64,000 nucleotides of DNA from assembly GCA_026023565.1 (NCBI GenBank), contig JAPETS010000005.1:806001-870000 (forward strand). Reading direction: 5' to 3'. Shown here one piece after another: positions 59,722 through 64,000 of the stretch. The notes under the pieces are model-generated. The model was given only the letters and a program-made list of their open reading frames with translations. It had not been told where the DNA came from and made no database searches. The DNA is from Cirrosporium novae-zelandiae (Eukaryota). How positions within the stretch are numbered: the stretch's first letter is position 1; every line of letters starts with the position of its first letter. Made by a program: the position numbers and the translations under genes.

Positions 59722-61040
59722 ATGGATTGCTCGAGGGAAGAGCTATTCGCCTACAAAGGCCGTCATATCAATCATCTACCCACCCCTTCATTGATTGTCA
59801 GCAAACCTGTCATTGAGAAAAATTGCGAACGGCTCCTGAAAGATGTCAAGGAAAAAGGAATTGGCCTTCGGGCGCATGTCAAGACATTGAAGGTTTGCGA
59901 GCTTCTGGAAAGAGAGTCGTATTCATAATTAGCTGATATGAGACGACAACAGTGCCTTCAAGTTACACGTCTCATGCTGGGGAATGGCGCGCATAAGAAA
60001 GCTGTTGCTTCTACCCTACGAGAGATCAGAGGACTGCTGCCGCTTGTCGAAGAGGGAAATCTTGAGGAGGTAATATAGTCCTTTCTGGTCACTTCATTGA
60101 TACTGATATACCAACCCAGATCCTCTACGGCATCCCAGTCCCTCCCCATGCCCTCCCCCAACTGGCAAAGCTATCCCAACAGATTTCCCCCAAAGCCAAA
60201 ATCCTCCTCATGGTCGACAATCCTTCCCAAATTACTGCTCTGGAATCTTTTGCCAAGCAACAAACAGAGACCCGTCCGTGGTCTGCCTTCATAAAGGTTG
60301 ACATGGGCTCCCATCGTGCAGGTCTTGAACCCGGTTCCCCAGCCCTGAAAGAGTTAATACAACAAGTCGAGAAGTCAGATGTGGTGGAGATATACGGGTT
60401 CTACTGTCACGCGGGGCATTCCTACGGCTCTCGGAGTGTGGAAGCGGCAGCAGAATTTCTTCACCAGGAAGTCAGTGCCGCCGTCGAAGCAGCCGAGCTT
60501 CTCCTCCAGCTAAGAGGAAATGAAAAGAAGACCGATATTGTTCTAAGTGCCGGCGCGACCCCTACAGCGCATGTCGTAAGAAAATTGCAAAAGACATTAC
60601 CCCCTGGTTGTCGCATGGAGCTTCACGGAGGCAACTATCCTGCTAATGATCTCCAACAACTTGGCACCACATCCGTCAATGAGAGCGATCAGGCAGTAAG
60701 GGTCCTCGCGGAAGTGTGTGGTGTTTACTCGGCTCGCAATGAGGCTATGTTGAATGCCGGCGTTATAGCCTTAAGTAGAGAGCCAGGGCCCCTTGAGGGA
60801 TTTGCAAGGCTCAAAGACGTGTCCGGGTGGAATGTGGGGAGGTTGTCGCAGGAGCATGGGATCGTGGTAAGGGATAAAGATGTATCGGAAGGAAATGTTG
60901 AAGATGTTCTCAAAATAGGGGACAAGGTGCAGCTATGGGTACAGCATGCCTGCATTACGTCCTCGGCGTACGGATGGTATTTCGTGGTGGACGAAGCAGA
61001 CAACGTGATAGATGTCTGGTATCCATGGCGGGGATGGTGA
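59722..61040 (+). CDS. DSD1: D-serine dehydratase (fold-type III PLP enzyme; exons about 59722-59892, 59953-60069, 60120-61040)
   Basis: Motifs LPTPSL, RAHVKTLK (PLP lysine), FIKVDMG, YCHAGHSY, GATPTAH, LSQEHG, QHACIT, final W.PWRGW. Confidence 0.92.
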
Positions 61041-61153
61041 TTTTACTCATCCCAAAAACCAATATAAATATCTAAATTCCCGCAGTCCCAATATAAAATT
61101 CAGATAAAAAGGGAACCAACCCAATCCATTTCCTCAAACAACCTAAAACAAAC

Positions 61154-61882
61154 CTATCCCTCAAACTTGACCACCTTCCCCCCCTTGCTTACCCACTCAT
61201 CAATACTGCCCGCATAAACCCCCACCTTCTGATATCCAGCCCTCCTTGCCAACTCCCCCGCTGCTCTAGCCCTGACGCCCTTCTTGCAGAAAAATACCAA
61301 CTCGGTCTCCTTTTCAGGCTTCTCGTATCCGAATTTGTCATAGAATTCTTCGGGGGGCATGAAAATGGCGTCGGGGGAGGATTGGAGTGGTAGATTTATT
61401 GAGGTGGGGATCGTGCCGGATGTGCCGCGGGGTGGGGGGGAGAGAAGCTCTGGGGGCTCGCGGACGTCTGGGATTAGAAAGAATAGTAAGTTGTTCATAT
61501 ATATACAGTAGATATAGGTTACGTGAATTTAAAGAGGGAAGATGGAGAATGCATGCATGCATGGGGAGAGGGTCGGGGGGGAATACACACCAACAATGAT
61601 CCTATCAGGCTGCGGCTGCTCCGAAAACCTCTGGATATCTTCAAAGGAGTATTTGGCCGCTTCTTTCTGTGGCTGTTCCTCGCATCTTTGTTTTGATGTG
61701 CTGAAGTTGCTGGATCGGGAGGGTCGGTGTGGTCGTCGTCGTGATGGGAGGATGGAGGTTGAGAAGGTGGATTGCGTTCTGGTGAGGGATATGATAGCTT
61801 GGATGCGGGGGCGGGAAGAGGGTGTGCTGAGGGTGCGGAGGAGGAGAGATGCTGCTGGGGGGGCGCGGAGGGTGGGAGGCAT
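61154..61882 (-). CDS. Single-domain rhodanese (Rdl2-like) with mitochondrial-type presequence; intron about 61469-61590
   Basis: Motifs DVREP.EL, GTIPTSINLP, FFCKKGVRA, YAGSIDEW; Arg/Ser/Thr-rich N-terminus. Confidence 0.9.
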
Positions 61883-62781
61883 TGTGGTTGTGGAAATTTG
61901 TTGGTAAGTTGCTAAGGTGAAATTGTGATCGGATGAGGACAAGTATGTTTGTTGGGCTGATTCTGTAGAAGTACTTGACGGAGTTGGTTGATTTGATACT
62001 CTACACTTTTTGCTATGGAGTTGGGGAAGCTCGGCTGTAGATCGTTTCTAGAGATCGGAGACGTCATCATCCGATCTTCATCTTCATCCGCTAGACTAAT
62101 TTGGTCAAAAGGTTAATCTCAGATTATAGATAAAGCTTAACGCATCTACATGTACTTCCTCCACTACCTTATTTGAGATACTGTCCGGTGCTACTGTATA
62201 CATGAGCTCTCTTGTCCCCCAGTATAAAGTACCTGCAAAAACAAACCCTTGAAGGTTTCACCACCTTAACGTTCTATCTGGATTGCGCCACTCGCGCCAC
62301 GGGTCCAATTGACGTTATTGCCGACATTACATCCGGGTGCCCTGAAAGCTTAGGCTATGACTGGTGGCTTGTACGGACTTATTCCTTAGCTAAAATTTGC
62401 ATAGGCATACCGATTCTACCCTCTCGCTATGCCCTCGTGACAGGGTAGCAATATCGTTTTGCCACGGCTTGTATTTGGTGCCACCGTCAATAATACTCTG
62501 TTTAAAAACCCAAACTTCGAACTATAACAATACATGATCTAGAATGAGCATAAAATACACTGCCAGGCGATTTCATAGGATTAGGCGAAGACTCTTGATT
62601 AAGAGATGACTAGAGAATAAGTAATTGTACGCAGCCTATGATAGGCAATACTGACTATAAAAAGTACACCTCGCCCTATACTAGTGAAGGAAGCCAAGCC
62701 TATATGGCTTTCATCAAGGAAACATCTGATGATATCTATCGCATTTAGCCGCATAAAGCGAACCAAACTGTCTCGTTTGGC

Positions 62782-64000
62782 TTACCGTTCGTCTACCCCC
62801 TCTTTTCTGGCTTTCGCCCATATACAAAATAGACCTTATCATACGCATGGATGTCCTTGGATCTTATCTGTTTCATCACCAGATTCTGATTTGCTTTTGC
62901 CTTCTCCTCACTCCATCCTAATACTCGAGTGAAGAGTGCTAGACTATAGGATTCCACGGCTCCCTGGAGCTGGATGGACTGATAGCGACCGACTTCTTTC
63001 AGAGTTTTGTCCTGGGGCCACGGACTGTATGGACACTATATTTTCTTTGTCAGGGATTGACTTGAAATGGGGATTATTATTTCCATGGAATAGTAAGCGG
63101 ATGAAATAGGCTTACGATGTACACTTTTTCAACGACATCCTGGAAGCCAGCATCTTCCATCCATCCCTTGAGCTTATGAGCAACTCGCAACGGTATACCG
63201 GCTTGCTCACTAGCCTGAACCATGGAGTGAAGGCTAACGTTACCATTTCAGGGTCAGTGTTTAAAGTAGAAGGTTAAACTCATGGAAGACGCAAGGCTGA
63301 CAATTCCATGTATGGAGTCCCTTCTTTCAGGCTTCCATCATCGCTATAAGTCCAAACACTTCCTGTTGAAAGCACGTTACTAAGCTTTCACGAATGTCTT
63401 GGTGACATCTCCTACCTTCTTGCAACTCAAGGTAGCCACCAGGTTTTGTATGCGTATATGCCTGGGATATGAGCTTTGGCCAGTCTCTGACGGCTCTTTT
63501 TACAGATTGATAATTAGTTCTGTACTCTCGTGGGACTTTAATGACGTACCCTGCAATTGTTCGCCCATGGATGAATTCAAAATAATCAGGCTTATGCGCC
63601 CAATCTTCCTCGAAATCATCAATCACGAATTGACAATTCGGCGGTACCCAATTCGGTTGGATAGGACTGATATCATTGCCCATGACTTCAGCAGAATGAT
63701 GCTTACTGCATTATAAAAATTATTGAAGCCCACTAAGCTGTGCTTACTATCAGGGGCACGCAGGTCGTGCATCATGATCAGGTATTTAGACTTACTCGGC
63801 CATGTCAATAGCCCAGATTCCGGTTCCGGTTCCGAGGTCAAGCACGGTCTTTGGATTGTATAAAGGCGATAGGTAGAGTTCGCCCTTCATTAGGAGAAGA
63901 AAACTAAACACGTTAGAAAACATTCAGCGAGAAATGGGCTACTTAAGACAGCCTACATGTGATGTGTCTATAATAAGCTTGCACGATTTGATCAACAATG
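62782..64000 (-). CDS. SAM-dependent methyltransferase (LaeA-like/TAM family), multi-exon, 5' end outside the window
   Basis: Motifs LDLGTGTGIWAID, DISPIQPNWVPPNCQFVIDDFE, KPGGYLELQE, ESYSLALFTRVLGWS, YFVYGRKPE. Confidence 0.9.

Overview
Eukaryotic DNA from a filamentous ascomycete (Pezizomycotina; short GT-AG introns with CTAAC branch sites). Intact conserved genes: class I glutamine amidotransferase, GYF-domain protein, eEF3, Osm1-like fumarate reductase, APH-family kinase, Zn2Cys6 factor, D-serine dehydratase, rhodanese and a partial SAM methyltransferase. They are interleaved with lineage-variable genes (BTB, HET, uncharacterised membrane proteins) and many decaying genes. The 5-16 kb block is mostly pseudogenes (CAX, MFS, alpha/beta hydrolase, NUDIX, fructosamine kinase). 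It ends in a derelict DUF3435 (Starship captain-type) tyrosine recombinase with a chromodomain, bounded by candidate TTAC direct repeats and an offset imperfect inverted repeat. Other highlights: two spliced Cys-rich microprotein genes sharing a CAGCACCTG motif that forms a 16-bp-periodic array, a membrane-anchored 6-Cys miniprotein, a hAT-like MITE, and a hairpin-rich non-coding region upstream of eEF3. All family calls come from motif recognition by eye; no searches were run.
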